Of a stretch of DNA of 64,000 nucleotides, positions 14,401 through 28,566 are shown piece by piece. The position numbers and the translations under genes were made by a program. Position 1 is the stretch's first letter. Each line of letters opens with the position of its first letter. The stretch is from assembly GCA_951406725.2 (NCBI GenBank), contig OX597821.1, positions 43,028,001 to 43,092,000 on the forward strand, given 5' to 3'. Under the pieces are notes generated by a model. The model had not been told where the DNA came from. It ran no database searches and worked only from the letters and a program-made list of their open reading frames with translations. This DNA is from Octopus vulgaris. Its lineage: Eukaryota.

Positions 14401-16184
14401 CCTTTCCAATCTTTTCCTCCTACTGCAAAAGAGTAGATACTTCGAGCATTTGTTCTGAAACACTCCCGAGTGTCGGTTGATATTTCTTTGTGTAAATGAT
14501 GCTGCTTATAGTTAGTAACCAGCTCTTTTGGAATTATTCAATCTCACTTGCGTGTCACAAGTTGGGGTTAAATTTGTAACTGCCCCAGTGAGTTAAAACC
14601 TATCCAAACATGTGTTCAATTAAATGCTTTCCTCTGAGATCGAGATTATTGAGTTCTAGTATTGACACGGAGCCATCCATTTTGAGGAGAGGGAAGATAA
14701 AAGGCAAAGTTGACCTTGGTGGAAATTGAACTCAGATGTAAAGGGCCTTAACTAAATATCGCAAGACATTATATCCCGCGCTTTAACGATCCTTCCAATC
14801 AACTGCAATATCTCGATTTAATAAAAGCTGTTATAAATGTTGGTTTACATTGTATAGAGAGGCGAGAATGGGAATAAAGAGAGATACCGAGTGAATTAAC
14901 ATACGAAGCTCTGTGACAAGTAATGAGTAAATGGGCGCAACACACACACACACGATCATACAGAAGAGGAGAGTAGATGACAGATTAAGTGTGAGAGGAG
15001 TTTTACAAATGAGAAATTTGTTTTATTTAATTATATTTTAAAGTAATAAATATTTTTTCTTTTGAAAATATATTTTGATAGGACACTCAAAGAAATTCTG
15101 TTGCTTAAGAAAGCTACTGGCAATTAATTGTATAACATTTCTATATGAACAACGAAAACATCTAAAAGGAAAGGGACGTATTATTTCTAGAATTAATTCT
15201 GGGAGCTTCTCAGCGCCATGTAATAAAACCTTTTATTCTTACTTGGACGAGTCAACCAGCATTCAGGCCTGAATGTTGAATGTTTCCAAATGCAGTTCCT
15301 TGGGTTCAGGGTATTAAAAAAAATGCATACATTTACAATGCTAATGGTTTCTTCAGATATGTGGCTCCAGGTTCAACTTTACAGCACAGTCTCTGAGCAA
15401 ATGTCTTTTGCCATATTCTCGGGTCGACCACTGTGTGTGAAATTTGGTTGGTTGTCAAGTAGTAGAGAGGACACACAAACACACACACACACACACGACG
15501 TACTTCCGCGCAATTTCCGTCTACAAAATTCACTCACAAGACATCTGTCAAGCCTATGGCAATAATAGACGACATTTGCACAAGGTGCCGCGCAATGGGA
15601 CTGAACCCGAAACCATAATGTTGTAAAGCGAGCTTCTTAATCACAGCCGCGCTTATGCAAACATATTTTTCTCTGTGTTCTGAAATGAATTTGTTAAAAT
15701 AACCCTTCATTTGTACTTGATACCTTTTTAGCTCTACCGAACGTCGTCATATTTTCAATACTAATTATTTATGTATCCACTTCTACCTTTGTGGTGTTGT
15801 AAATACCCCCCTCGTCGGCAGTATATTTAGAGAAATATATACTTAATCATGTCAGAAATTTTTCTTGACCACAATTTTAATTCACTGAAAGGAAGAGAAG
15901 AACTGTCCCACTACTTAGAAGAGAAATCTTACAAGTATTTCTGTTATTCTCTTTACCGTTTATTCTCGTGCTTTAATATCTCATAGAATTTCTGAACTTA
16001 ATTAACTGCGCCACATTACTCGATACCTCTTTATGCTTCCACATGCCACAACATCCTTACTGTATGATACGACATCTGCAATTGATAAACTATAAATCAT
16101 TTTCCAGACGACTTAACTGTTTGCTTACCCTGGGTACCACATGATACAAAGAACATATTTTCCTGGAGTCAATGCATTATATAT

Positions 16185-16784
16185 GTATTTCTTTACTACC
16201 CACAAGGGGCTAAGCACAGAGGGGACAAAGAAGGACATACAAACGGATTAAGTCGATTACATCGACCCCAGTGCGTAATTGGTACTTAATTTATCGACCC
16301 CGAAAGGATGAAAGGCAAAGTCGACCTCGGCGGAATTTGAACCCAGAACGTAACGGCATACAAAATACGGCTACGCATTTCGCCCGGCGTGCTAACGTTT
16401 CTTATTTCTTTATTGCCCACAAGGGGCTACACAGAGAGGGGACAAACAAGGACAGACAAACGGATTAAGTCGATTACATCGACCCCAGTGCGCAACTGGT
16501 ACTTAATTTATCGACCCTGAAAGGATGAAAGGGAAAGTTGACCTCGGCGGAATTTGAACTCAGGACGTAACGGCAGACGAAATACCACAAAGCATTTCGC
16601 CCGGCGTGCTAACGTTTCTACCAGCTCGCCACCTCTCTGTGTAGCCCCTTGTGGGCAATAAAGAAATAAGAAACGTTAGCACACCGGGCGAAATGCGTAG
16701 CCGTATTTCGTATGCTGTTACGTTCTGGGTTCAAATTCCGCCGAGGTCGACTTTGCTTTTCATCCTTTCGGGGTCGATAAATTA
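16185..16784. mobile_element. SINE family B tandem dimer (minus) followed by an inverted partial copy (plus)
   Basis: Two units at 16185-16631; 16632-16784 is the reverse complement of 16287-16439. Confidence 0.85.
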
Positions 16785-17095
16785 TATATGATACATATTG
16801 CACCGCCTCCACTTTTCTTTTAATCACTAAGGTAACTTAGAGCTTATGAAAACAAAGATTTATATTACTCAGAGCGTATGAAAAAAGGACTAAATGTCTG
16901 AAAACAAGAATGGACGTTTAGGGCAAACTTACGGAAATGCTTTGGACAGACAAAGGGTTAAAAACTATGAGTGTATTGCTTCCATGTATTACGTTAGAAC
17001 TGTAGTTAATTACTCGTATAGTTAGTGTGCTCAATCTAAAATTTTTAATACCAATCTAATTTTTATATAGTGTTTATTTTCAATTTTTAATTTTG

Positions 17096-18005
17096 CTTAC
17101 TCTTTACTCTTTTACTTGTTTCAGTCATTTGACTGCGGCCATGCTGGAGCACCGCCTTTAGTCGAGGAAATCGACCCCGGGACTTATTCTTTGTAAGTCC
17201 AGTACTTATTCTATCGGTCTCCTTTGCCGAACCGCTAAGTGACGGGGACGCAAACACACCAGCATCGGTTGTCAAGCAATGCTAGGGGGACAAACACAGA
17301 CACACACACACACACATATATATATACTAGCAGTATCGCCCGGCGTTGCTCGGGTTTGTAAGGGAAATAACTATATAAGTATTTTTAGAGAGTTACTTCC
17401 CTTATAAATTCGGGCTTTCTTAGCCATTTTTGTTTTGGTGTCTTCAAGCCATGAAGTCGTTGTTCTAAAAGAACGCTGGTTTCCTTCACAACGCATTACG
17501 ACGTTGATTTCTTTACACTCCCTTCCCCACAGCTTCACGAGGGAGGGAAGGGGGAGAAGCAAACAGGTGCAGCTGTGAGCGTGGACGCCAACTCCGCCGC
17601 CATCGACATACGATGCATTTTATGCATTAAAATGGAATAAAAAATGATGTTAAATTATTTTTTAAATCGTAGACTTATCGTTGACGCGCGCTAATAGTCA
17701 GACGGGCTCGATATGAATCACGACTATAAGTTACCCGAATTTGGTTAAACTGCACCGCAAAATGTGGGAGGAGTTAGGAATCTAAATCGAAGGGGACAGA
17801 CACTCACACAACTAGAGTTTTATATATATAGATATACATATATATGACAGGCTTCTTTCAGTTTCCGTCTACCAAATCCACTCACAAGGCATTGGTCGGC
17901 CCGGGGCTATAGCAGAAGACACTTGCCCAAGATGCCACGCAGTGGGACTGAACCCGGAACCATGTGGTTGGTTAGCAAGCTACTAACCACACAGCCACTC
18001 CTGCA
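17096..18005 (-). mobile_element. SINE family A interrupted by a Helitron
   Basis: SINE 3' half at 17096-17326 and 5' half at 17833-18005. Confidence 0.85.
17327..17832 (-). mobile_element. Non-autonomous Helitron
   Basis: Minus strand starts TCTATATATATAAAAC and ends cccgagcaacgccgggcgatactgCTAG (hairpin plus CTAG); inserted between A and T with no TSD. Confidence 0.85.
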
Positions 18006-19559
18006 CCTTGTTTATTCTTAATTTACTTGTTTCATTAATTCTTGTGTTTTTCTACTCTAATTCTAGATTCTCAGTTTCTTGGTGTTGATCTATTTTGTCG
18101 CGACTTTGCTTTTATTCATTTTCTTGTTTTAAACCCTTATTTACCATACTTCTCAAGCCCCATGTCCACACAAATATATTTAGCTGCATTTCGCCCGTCT
18201 TTATGTTCTGAGTTCAAATTCCGCCTGAGGTTGACTTTGCCTTTCATCTTTTCGGTGTTAATAAAATAAGTACCAGTTGCGCACTGGTAAAAAAAAAAAA
18301 AAAAGACCGATAGAATAAGTACCAGGCTTAACAAAATTAAGTATTGGGGTCGATTCATTCGATTAAAAATTCATCAAAGCCAGCATGGCCACAGTCTAAT
18401 GACTGAAACAAGCAAAATAAAAAAAAATTTTTAATTACTTTAAAATAAAATAAAATTAAATTAATTTTTTTTATTTGCGTGATTCTTCCCTTTGCTACTC
18501 TGTCATTTATTCCCTCCCCTCTTCCTTTCCATCTCCCTTCCTCTATTCCTGTGATTCTTTTTCTTCAGCAGTGCGTGTGTGGGGGGGGGGGACTCATTGC
18601 CGGCCACCAAGCCTAGTAAGTGCACTCATTCTACAGCTTTCCAGTTAGTTCTCTCTGTGTCTCTCTTTTATGATCTCTCTTTCCACCTCTCTCTATGCGA
18701 TATAAAGCGTGAATGGAGAAACAAGCAAGCAACCAACCAAACTTTATATCGGTTATTTTCAAATAGTGATTCACGGTTGTAATATTAAATTGTATTCACG
18801 CCAGTTTTTCTTCCATTTCACATGCGTTGATGACAGATACCGAAATGGTATAACTAAGATGGAATTTAATTAACATTATATAAAGGCCTTTGTCTTACAA
18901 TATAATGTATTTATGCATCAGGTTTTCACTATAGCATCGACAGTAGCAAATTTGATTGGTTTAGTCTGTAAATCCGAGTTGTATGTAAGAAACCATTTCT
19001 TCTATTAGCTTTTGTATTCTGTGCGTAGAATGAATATTAGATGTGCATTCAACGCGTCACGAAAGCGGACACTTTGCTAAGAAATAACTGGAACAGAAGT
19101 CAATTAATCGACAATTTACAGTAGAATCAGATCAGTTAATGCTGAATCCATAGTGACATTGGTTACACTGTCAACTTGAAGCATGAGGCATTCAGAGAAA
19201 CTAGAATTTGTTATGTAATACATGAGGTTAAACTTGATATGTGCGAATGTAAGTCTCCACTTCCGCCAGTTTAGTCGACATGTGTCTTACATTCAAAGAG
19301 ATGATGTTCGTAGCTGGAGACCTCTTCCGGACGATCCTGTTATAAAAGTTATCGAATAAAATATAAAAGAAAAGATATGAGATATTGATTGCTCTGAAGA
19401 AAAGTAGTTTGATCATGTACAATAAAGAATTGGGTATAGAAGTGAAGGATCTGACTCCATTGATCCTCCGGTATCTCAATAATTTTATCTCATCTATCAT
19501 TTTGAGACCTTGATAGTTTTAGAAATAGATGCATGACTGTGTTTCTGGGGATGCATGAC

Positions 19560-20597
19560 TGTGTTTCTTTTTCTAGTTAATTTTAGTTAATTTTTGTTTA
19601 TTTTCAGATCATTAAAATGGAATGTCAAGTTAAGAAAAACGAGCATTTTCGACACCGCCTTCTTTTTGCTTTTAATCAAAGTTCTAAGGCCGCAAAAGCT
19701 GATCGTGACGTTTGTGCTGTGTATGGAGAGATGCCATAGCTGACAGAATCGCTCGTGATTGGTATGCCAAGTTCAAAAATGGAAATTTTGACCTCAAAGA
19801 CGCACCTCGTTCTGGCCGTCCAGTTGAGTTCGATGAAAAGCGATTAAATCAACTTTTGCACGAAAATTCTCGTCAAACCACAAGGGAACAGACAGAGAAA
19901 ATGGAATGCTCCCACACTGCTATAGTGAAGCATCTTCAATCGATGGGAAAGGTTCAGAAGTATGAAGCATTGGTTCCACATGCTTTAAATGACAACAACA
20001 AAAATCAACGAGCCACAATCTCCGCTGGTTTCCTTACTCATCACCGCTCAAGTCATGGACACAAGCAACGATTTCTTTACCGAATCGTTACTGGCGACAA
20101 AAAATGGTGCCTGTACATCAATATGAAGCAGCATAAGGAATAAACCTGGTAAGCAAGCGACACCGCGCGTGAAACAAAATCTTCATCGCGTAAAACGATG
20201 TTGTGCGTATGGTGAGACTGGGAAGGGATTATTCATTACGAATTGCTTGAACGGAACCAAACGGTCAACGCGGAACTCTATGTTCAACAGATGGAACGAC
20301 TGAATCCGTCCACACCCACCGTACTCTCCTGATTTGGCACCAACGGATTTCCACCTCTTTCAAATGCTATGTGCGGAGTTTCGTTCAATACTGATGCAGA
20401 ATTGGTTGGACCAATTTTTCGAGTCGAAATCGGGTGATTTCTACAACGAGGTATTGAAAATCTTGTTGAACGTTGGGAAGAAGTTGTAAACATCAAGGGT
20501 GAATACATTATTGATTAATTAGTTGTTATTTTTATTAAAACTTTTTAAAAATTAAAATTTTTTAAAAACCGGCGGGAACTTAGTTGCCAACCCAATA
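19560..20597 (+). mobile_element. Mariner transposon relic (transposase pseudogene 19617-20518, right TIR)
   Basis: MECQVKKNEHFRH..., FDLKDAPRSGRP, LVPHAL, IVTGDKKW, HPPYSPDLAPTDFHL, GEYIID*; internal deletion; terminus gaacttagttgccaacccaaTA; left TIR not seen. Confidence 0.9.
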
Positions 20598-20624
20598 CAT
20601 TGCAGTCTCGGTTTGTTGAGAGTT

Positions 20625-20659
<35 letters not shown>

Positions 20660-20831
20660 ATAGACGTCACCAGGAGAGCCGTGACGTCTATAGTCGCCTG
20701 GGGCTAAATGCATCAGTAACACCCCCACCACCCCGCCCTGTCCCTAGCCACATTCAGATGGCTGGTCCCGCTTATATTACAGAGCAGTTACTGTTTATAC
20801 CTCGCTTAGAGATTTATTATTGTTATATATA

Positions 20832-22491
20832 CCATGTTTCCCCGAAAATAAAACCCGGTCCTATATCAATTTTGCATCCAAAAAACGCATTATGGCTTAT
20901 TTTCGGGGGGATGTCTTATATTTTTGCGGAAAAATCCAAGAAAAACAAAAGAGTCTCATGTCCTCGTGTAAAAGGGAAAAAAATTGTAAAAAGGAAATCT
21001 ATGTTTTTAGTTGTCAAAAGTTTATTTATTTGCTTACGGTTTTTAGTCAAATACAAACATTTCATCCTCTTTTGGAACACATTCATAAATCATCAAATTC
21101 CGAATTTCAGACTGAATTTCTTGCAAATCCATTTCCTGTAGAATCATGGACTCCAGTCATGTTTGGCAATAGAACTTTCTTTAAATGAATCCTTTTTGTC
21201 CAAGTATCCTGCTCGTTGTGCATTGGCAACGCAACTGTCGGTAATTTTATTCCATGAATTCTTCACCCAATTCACGATTTCTTGGAATTTGAGTTTGATA
21301 AAGTTTCCTCGCTGTTTTCTCTCCATTCTGTTTTCGATATATTCATTCACTTCCATCCGTAAATAATCCTTGAAGAGCTTGTTTATTACAAGATCTAATG
21401 TTTGTAGATATCAAGTCTTTCCCGTAGGAATCATTATGTGGTCAATTCCTCTTTCAGAAAGGAAGGTTTTCATATCGTTTGCGTGATGAGTACTGGCCGA
21501 ATCCTAGACTAAAAGACCTCTTTGAGAACCACATAAAACAAATGACATAGTTAAATCAACCCATTTTCTTGCGTGCACCAAGCCTTTTCCGTTTCAAGTT
21601 CCAGCATGACAAATTGCTAAAATACAAGTAACTCTTGCACTTTCTTAATCCGTTGAGGCAACGTTGATTGACGAGGCACTTGTCTGTTCAATTGTCGCTT
21701 TAGATCTTTGGCCCATAAATACTGCAGTCTCATCCATAGCAATTATATTGGATAGATTGTATTTAGAAAATTCGATGCCATCAACGAAGGACTTGAATGC
21801 AGGTGCACGTTGAATCACTTCAGTATCCTCCAGCTAGAACAGTGCTGTCGATCTTCTTAGAGAGAGCTCATATCGCCGAAGGAAGTTATCCAACCAATGA
21901 AGTGATGCTTTGAATATTTCTGGGGGTATATCCAACTGTGGTGCCATTGCAAGAGCAAATTCTTGAATATCAGCCCTACGTACAACCAAAGCCTTTGTTC
22001 TTCTGTCAGCAATCCATCCCAAGGTAATAACTTCCAGATCCGAAAATAACGGTTGTCGACCTGATCCACACTTGCGCTTCTTAGCACTTCCCTCATCCAC
22101 CTGTCTGATGAGATTATCCTACTCTGCTCGCCATTTTCGAACCATTCGGAGATCCATCTTCTTCTTAGAGAAAGCCGTAAGGTTCTTGTTATGTGACTCT
22201 TCCACAATCCCTTTCTTGTACTCCACGGAATAACTCTTTCTTTTTGCACTCATCTTGCCTCGGGAAAAAAAGGAGTCAAACCAGGGCAGACAACTCCGTG
22301 CATGCGCGCTTAGCGCAGACTTTAACCAAGCTTCGGTAATTGGTTTATTTTGCAAACATCACATGGCTTTGCTAACAAGCTGATGCATTTTTGACTAGGT
22401 CTTATTTTCGGGGAAGGGTTTCTATTAAATACATCCTGAAATAAAATGGTAGGGCATATTTTCGGAGTAGGTCTTATTTTGGGGGAAACAC

Positions 22492-22493
<2 letters not shown>
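20832..22493 (-). mobile_element. pogo/Tc2-type DNA transposon (PogK-like), transposase pseudogene 22253-21043
   Basis: TIRs CCATGTTTCCCCGAAAATAAAACC / GGTCTTATTTTGGGGGAAACACGG; BrkDBD-like MSAKRKSYSVEYKKGIV; CENP-B HTH FKASLHWLDNFLRRYELSLRRST; DDE motifs IAMDETAVF and YLQTLDLVINKLFK. Confidence 0.9.
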
Positions 22494-22553
<60 letters not shown>

Positions 22554-23280
22554 AAAGAAAGAAAGAAAGAAAGAAAACAGACATGGGCTTGGTATTCCTT
22601 TATTACATATTTTACGTACGTAAAGAACTATCAAATCCATACCAGTGTTTACTTCTCGCATAATTGATGTTCTCTTTATAATGCAGAAGGAATTTAATGC
22701 GATTATTAAGAGCCACAACTTGAACTGTACATTTATCGTGCACTGAGTGCATCCATTTCCACTTATAGGTGTGTGTGCGCATGTGTATATACATATATGT
22801 GTGTGTGAGTGTGCATTTATCTATCTATGTATGTGTGTGCATATATATATATATATATATATAAACGATAATACAGATGGATTGGGGTTCACTACAGCTA
22901 CTTCAGACGTGTTCTTTATTGATGAACAAAAGTGTCACATCATGTAAAAAAAAAAAACGTTTTCTTCGGGTGAATAAAAAAAAAATTAATATTTAGATAT
23001 TACTGTATTTCGGGAAGATCATTTCTTTTTGTCAAATAAACACACGCACTATATATTCGTTCTTCACTCGTTTATTACTGTTCTTGTTCTAGCTCATGGG
23101 CATTGTCCGGAAATTTTCCGTTATACATCTGTGACCTCCTCAGCGACACTTTCCGACTTCGTGTGTGTTCTTGCTCTGCTTATTCCATTCTTTTCTCCTA
23201 TGATGTGTATCCTTTATAGCGCATGAATTTCTCACAAAATAGAACATAATGAAAGACGACTCTACCAATCAGGTTACAAC

Positions 23281-23314
<34 letters not shown>

Positions 23315-23564
23315 TGTGTGTGTGTGTGTGTATGTGTGTGTGTGTGTGTGTGTGTTTACCTATGTATTTTTATGGCATACCTCACATTAGCTGTATTCTT
23401 GTTTTCAAACTCACATGCACCAATGTGTGCGTGTGTGCGCGCGCGCGAGTATGCTTGTGTTTGCCCCTCCACCATCACTTAATAACCGATGTTGGTGTGT
23501 TTACGTCCCCGTAACTTATAAGTTCGGCAAAATAGACCGACAGAATAAATACTAGGCTTGTATG

Positions 23565-23593
<29 letters not shown>

Positions 23594-23600
<7 letters not shown>

Positions 23601-24195
23601 TACATATGTGGAAAATCGGTGTGTGTTTGTTTGTGGCGTCGTTAGCAAACTCCCCTACATCGTTTTATTGATTTTGATGAAACTCGACACGTGAGTAGAA
23701 CTCATGTCTGGAAATCTCGTGACAAATCGATAATAGGGCCCTTCCAATGGATCCTTCTATCTACTGCATACTACTAATATTTTATTTAAACAACCCATTT
23801 TAGCGAAGCGATCAGTGTTTGATTCTCATGATCAGCCGACCTAATTCTGCATTTCACTACTCACAGTTTTGAACTGCTAAACATTATTATTGCACTTCCT
23901 TAATTTGAATCTTAAACATTAAAGACTTCATTCATACATTTCTATACATACATACTTTTTTGAATGCTCATTACTCCGATAATTCTGCATTTTTATAGTT
24001 GCACTTTTTCCATGACAGTAGATATATTTTTTATTCTACAACGTATTTGTAGTGGCTTGTACATGTTTGCACTTTTTCGTGACGGAAAATACACTTTTTG
24101 TGGCAGTTATAACGAAATTTCTTTCTTATATCACAGTAATAAGGCATTTCAACAGAACATCTTCACCCCCGGGAATTACCGGGTACACTAGCTAG
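23594..24195 (+). mobile_element. Non-autonomous Helitron, family 2 (short copy)
   Basis: 5' tatactacatatgtggaaaatcggtgtgtgtttg; 3' hairpin cccgggaattaccggg then CTAG|T; flanked by (TA)n. Confidence 0.8.
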
Positions 24196-24255
<60 letters not shown>

Positions 24256-24978
24256 CATACACTCAATGTATGTTTTACTTGTTCTTTGGTACACTGTGGT
24301 TTAGCGCGGTAGGGATGGTTTTCTAAAAACACAGGGTGTAAAGACACCTGAAAATGATAGACGGGTAAGACAACTCGCCCCGATTCAGTTCGCCCCCACG
24401 CCTCCCGGTTCGATTCAGCTACACGATGTTGATAAGTCACAAGAATGGCGAAATGTCACTCGCTTGTGCCTGCTGGCTTTCGGCATTTTGTTTTCTGTCC
24501 TATTTTGTTTCCTTCCTCATTACCATTATGATACGCCTAGCGTTTAGTAATACTTGTGCAAAACTTGTCATCAATTCGTGTATCCATTCTAAACGTCAGG
24601 CTTGTTACAATATTAGAAAAAAACTGCATGAAATCTTGTAAGAATGGTCTGAGCGCGCACCTGTAGGTTGAAGAAGGACAAAATAGAGAGAGCACTTGCC
24701 TTAGTAGTCAGGGCGACCGTAGTTTTGTGGTGTTTCGACGAGCAGCCCTACGAAGTTTCCCTCTTTTGGGAAATTATCCATTGTTATAATTCTATTATTT
24801 TGTTACTTTTTTTCTACTTCTAACACGCCTTTTATGTAACCCCACATTGTATTGTTCTGTACCGTCTTCAATGTTTTTTGTGATCTCTTAGTGGTTAATA
24901 AAGAAAACATCATCATCATCATCATCATCATTGTTGTTGTTGTTGTTGGTGTTGTTGTTGTTGTTGTTGTTGTTGATA

Positions 24979-25190
24979 AGGCAGCGAGCTGTCAAAATCG
25001 TTAGCACGCCGGGCAAGACCGCTTAGCAGCATTTCGTCCGTCTTTACGTTCTGAGTTCAAACTCCACCTAGGCTGACTTTGCTTTTCATCCTTCCGGGGT
25101 CTATAAAATAAGTACCAGGTGAACAATTAGGTCAATTTAATCGACTCCCCCTCCCCACGAAATTACTGGCTTTGTGCCAACATTTGAAGC
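24979..25190 (+). mobile_element. SINE family B
   Basis: ggcagcgagctgtcaaaatcgttagcacgccggg head and core. Confidence 0.8.
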
Positions 25191-25780
25191 CATTATTATT
25201 GTTCAAACATGTCCAGGAAATTGTAAGGAAGAATTCTTTTAATTTATTCGCATTGAAAGAGATATGTATCCATATAGCAGTCAGCCAAAACTGGTGTTTT
25301 TAAACAAAATTATATTTTTTGTTATTTGTCTACATGTTTGCCATATCAAATTATGTTCGTTCATTGATTTCCAATGTAATTCTCATCATATTGACTTTGC
25401 CTTTCAACCTTCTGGAGTTAATGAAATAAATACCAGTTACATAACGACTTCAACTCGGTTATATTTCGTCTGTTCAAACGTGTGCTCCTGTGCCGAAGTT
25501 ATAAATTAATATTTAATCTAAGAGAGACACATATCTATTCAACTTTGTTCAGAATGTCTCATACATCAACCAACATTTGACAACCATTTATTCACTCTAA
25601 CACCAACATGGATTTGTTTTTATACCAGATTTCTACTATATTATTTTAATGGCTGCTAACTGTTGGTTGAATTAGATTTCAATAGATGATTTTTCTTCTT
25701 TACCTATGAATAAAATACAGACCGCAATAAGCCTCCATTTAGACTGTGTATGTGTGTGTGTGTGTGTGTGTGTATGTGTG

Positions 25781-25861
<81 letters not shown>

Positions 25862-26299
25862 TGCATTTATGCTTTTAATAGCGTCCGTGTAAAGCCAACT
25901 ACGGAGAAGATCATTTACTACAAAATCAATAATATAACGCAAAAGAAAAAGAATTTATTAGCAGATTTGCCTAACACCATGAAGCTTTCCCATTACTTTA
26001 ATGCTAATAGATTACGCTCCGATAGAATAATGTTGATACTATTCACTAAATGTATAGAATCATACATTGCTTTACTCTTTGCTTGTTACTGTTTATTTAC
26101 TCCAGGCAAAGGAGTACTGCGAGCTGAATGAAAGAAAATAGAGCAACATATTTTCTTATCGATTACCACTTTTATATATTAATGTATTTTGATATTGGTT
26201 GTTGCGTTCCTTTTGGTGAAAATTTGATTTAAAATGACTCAGGATTCTTGGTAAAAGTAAGTAATACCGGATCTAATAGCTTATATAGTAATGAAATGT

Positions 26300-26427
26300 T
26301 ATCGACGTAGGAAGGATGAAAGGCAAAATCAAACCTGGCGGAACTTAAACGCAGAGCGTAAAGACGGACGAAATGCAGCTAAGCATTTTGCCCGGCGTGC
26401 TAACGCTTCTGACAGCTCATCGTCTTG

Positions 26428-26493
<66 letters not shown>

Positions 26494-27062
26494 TTTAGGG
26501 GAGGGGGCCAGTCGATTAGATCAACCCCTGTACGCAACTGGTACTTAATTTATCGATCCCGAAAGTATGAAAGGCAAAGTCGACCTCGACGGAATTTGAA
26601 CTCAGAACGTAGCGGCAGACGAAACACCGCTAAGCATTTCACCCAGCGTGTTAACATTTCTGCCAGCTCGCCGCTTCAATAACAATAATAAGAATCCTTT
26701 CTACTATAGGTACAAGGTCGATTACATCGACCCCAGTGATCAACTGGTACTTAATTTATCGACCCCGAAAGGATGAAAGGCAAAGTCGACCTCGGCGGAA
26801 TTTGAACTCAGAACACGAAGACGGATGAAGTACCGTTAAGCATTTCGCCCGGCATGTTAACGTTTCTATAGGTAGAAGACATCTTGGGGAAGAGGACAAG
26901 TCGGTTGTATTGACTCCAGTTCTTGACTGGTATTTAATTCATTGACCTTGAAAGGATGAAAAGCAAAATCGACCCAGCATTTGGACTCAGACCGTAAAGT
27001 CGTAAAAAATTCTGCAAAGAATTTTTTCCGCCATGCTAATGATTCGGTCAGCCCGCTGCTTT
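26300..27062 (-). mobile_element. Array of about four SINE family B copies separated by (TAA)n and short linkers
   Basis: Repeated aaaggatgaaaggcaaagtcgacc...gaatttgaactcag units. Confidence 0.8.
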
Positions 27063-27074
27063 AATAATAATAAT

Positions 27075-28120
27075 GAAAATCACGAGAGGCGTAAGCAGTT
27101 TCATTCCGTCTTGAAGGAGAGCAAAATATTTGCTATTGACTTCATGCATGATACTCAGACTGAATAATCAGAGGGAGGTGCAGCAATAGTTACTATAAAA
27201 AAGGTAAAATTAAGCACATGAACAATTGGCTGGTAGGTGGAAGCAGAAACCTTTACATGGAAAATATGTGACCCGTAGCAAACAAGCTGATATTGATCAG
27301 AAGCACACCCACCAGTGGTTACGAAGCTCAGAGTTAAAAGCAGAGAGCCAAAGGCTTCATCCTAGCTGCTCAAGATCAAAGCATTTTGATCCGGAACTAC
27401 CGAGCCAATATTATGAAAAATGTAGTAGATCCGAAGTATCGATTCTGCAATGAGATTGAAACAGTGGATCACTTAATCTTGGGCTGTTAACTTTTAGCAC
27501 CAGTAGAGTATAAATGAATACATGACAGAGTTAGCCAATATCTATATTGGTCCATAAGTCGGTATCATAGAATCAAAACTGTTGACAAGTTATATAAGCA
27601 CCACCTTGAGGCTGTAACTGAAGGAGAAAATGTAACAATTCTTTGGAACTTTCCATTACATAATAAAGTCTGTTTATTGATCGGTGATTATTCTTTGTGA
27701 TCATAATATCTCGTCAAACGAATTGGACAAGATTAGAAAATATAGAGGTTTGCTCAATGAAATCAGAAATAATGTGGCATCTCGAGGCAGTTACAATACC
27801 AGTAATTGTTGAAGCGCTAGGAATAATAGAAAAAAGAACTGAAAATTAATTGAAACTGAGCCCTGGTTTATATTCCATGCAAGAAGTGCAATGATTGTTG
27901 TAACTGCTATGTTACATGTATTGAGAAGAGCATTGTCGCTGTGAGAACGACTACCACCCATGTAGATAACTTTTTTTACGTAACTTCATTTGGTTTTGTA
28001 AATGAACAATCTGGTGTATTTATTTTAATGGCCTATCAATGTATACAGTGAATTTCTTTGCTCTAAACGTCGGGAAGATACTTGGAAAAAGAAGAAACAA
28101 AATTGAAAAAAGATAATTTA
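27075..28120 (+). mobile_element. R4/Dong-type non-LTR retrotransposon 3' fragment (CCHC knuckle, RLE region)
   Basis: WKQKPLHGKY...HQWLRSSELKAE, GFILAAQDQS, FCNEIETVDHLILGC, HDRV; follows (TAA)n and ends in (TGA)n. Confidence 0.8.
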
Positions 28121-28152
<32 letters not shown>

Positions 28153-28566
28153 GGTGGTGGTGGTGGTCGTCGTCGTCGTCGTGGTGGTGGTGGTCGTGGT
28201 GATGATGTTGATACTCTCTTTAGTGGCCACCAGGGCCGAACACAAAACATAAAGGACGATACACAAACGAGGGACAGTGGGATTAAACATGTAAACAGCG
28301 AAGAAAACACAACAATTAACAAGGAGATTAAACCAACAATGTATTCCCCCAATAGGGGTGAGTTCCACCGAGAGGTGACCAAAGGAACCTCACAAACTTT
28401 GGCCCTCCTAACACCAAAGGCACCTCAGGTAGGCACCCCTCTCCTCATTCCATCCGGCCTACAGACGCACACTTAGAGCAGGCCCATTCACACGGACTAT
28501 TCTTGCCACATTCACCCACCTTTCAATAAACTTACTATGTGACACCACCTCCCTCTCCAGCATCAC

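Noticed and set aside
18580-18800. G-run, pyrimidine tract and TATAAA (18701) as the receptor promoter
   Set aside because: Such motifs are common in this AT-rich DNA, and no linked first exon could be shown
23105-23150. Minus-strand CTGAGGA...GGAAA hammerhead candidate
   Set aside because: Stem II and stem III do not pair convincingly
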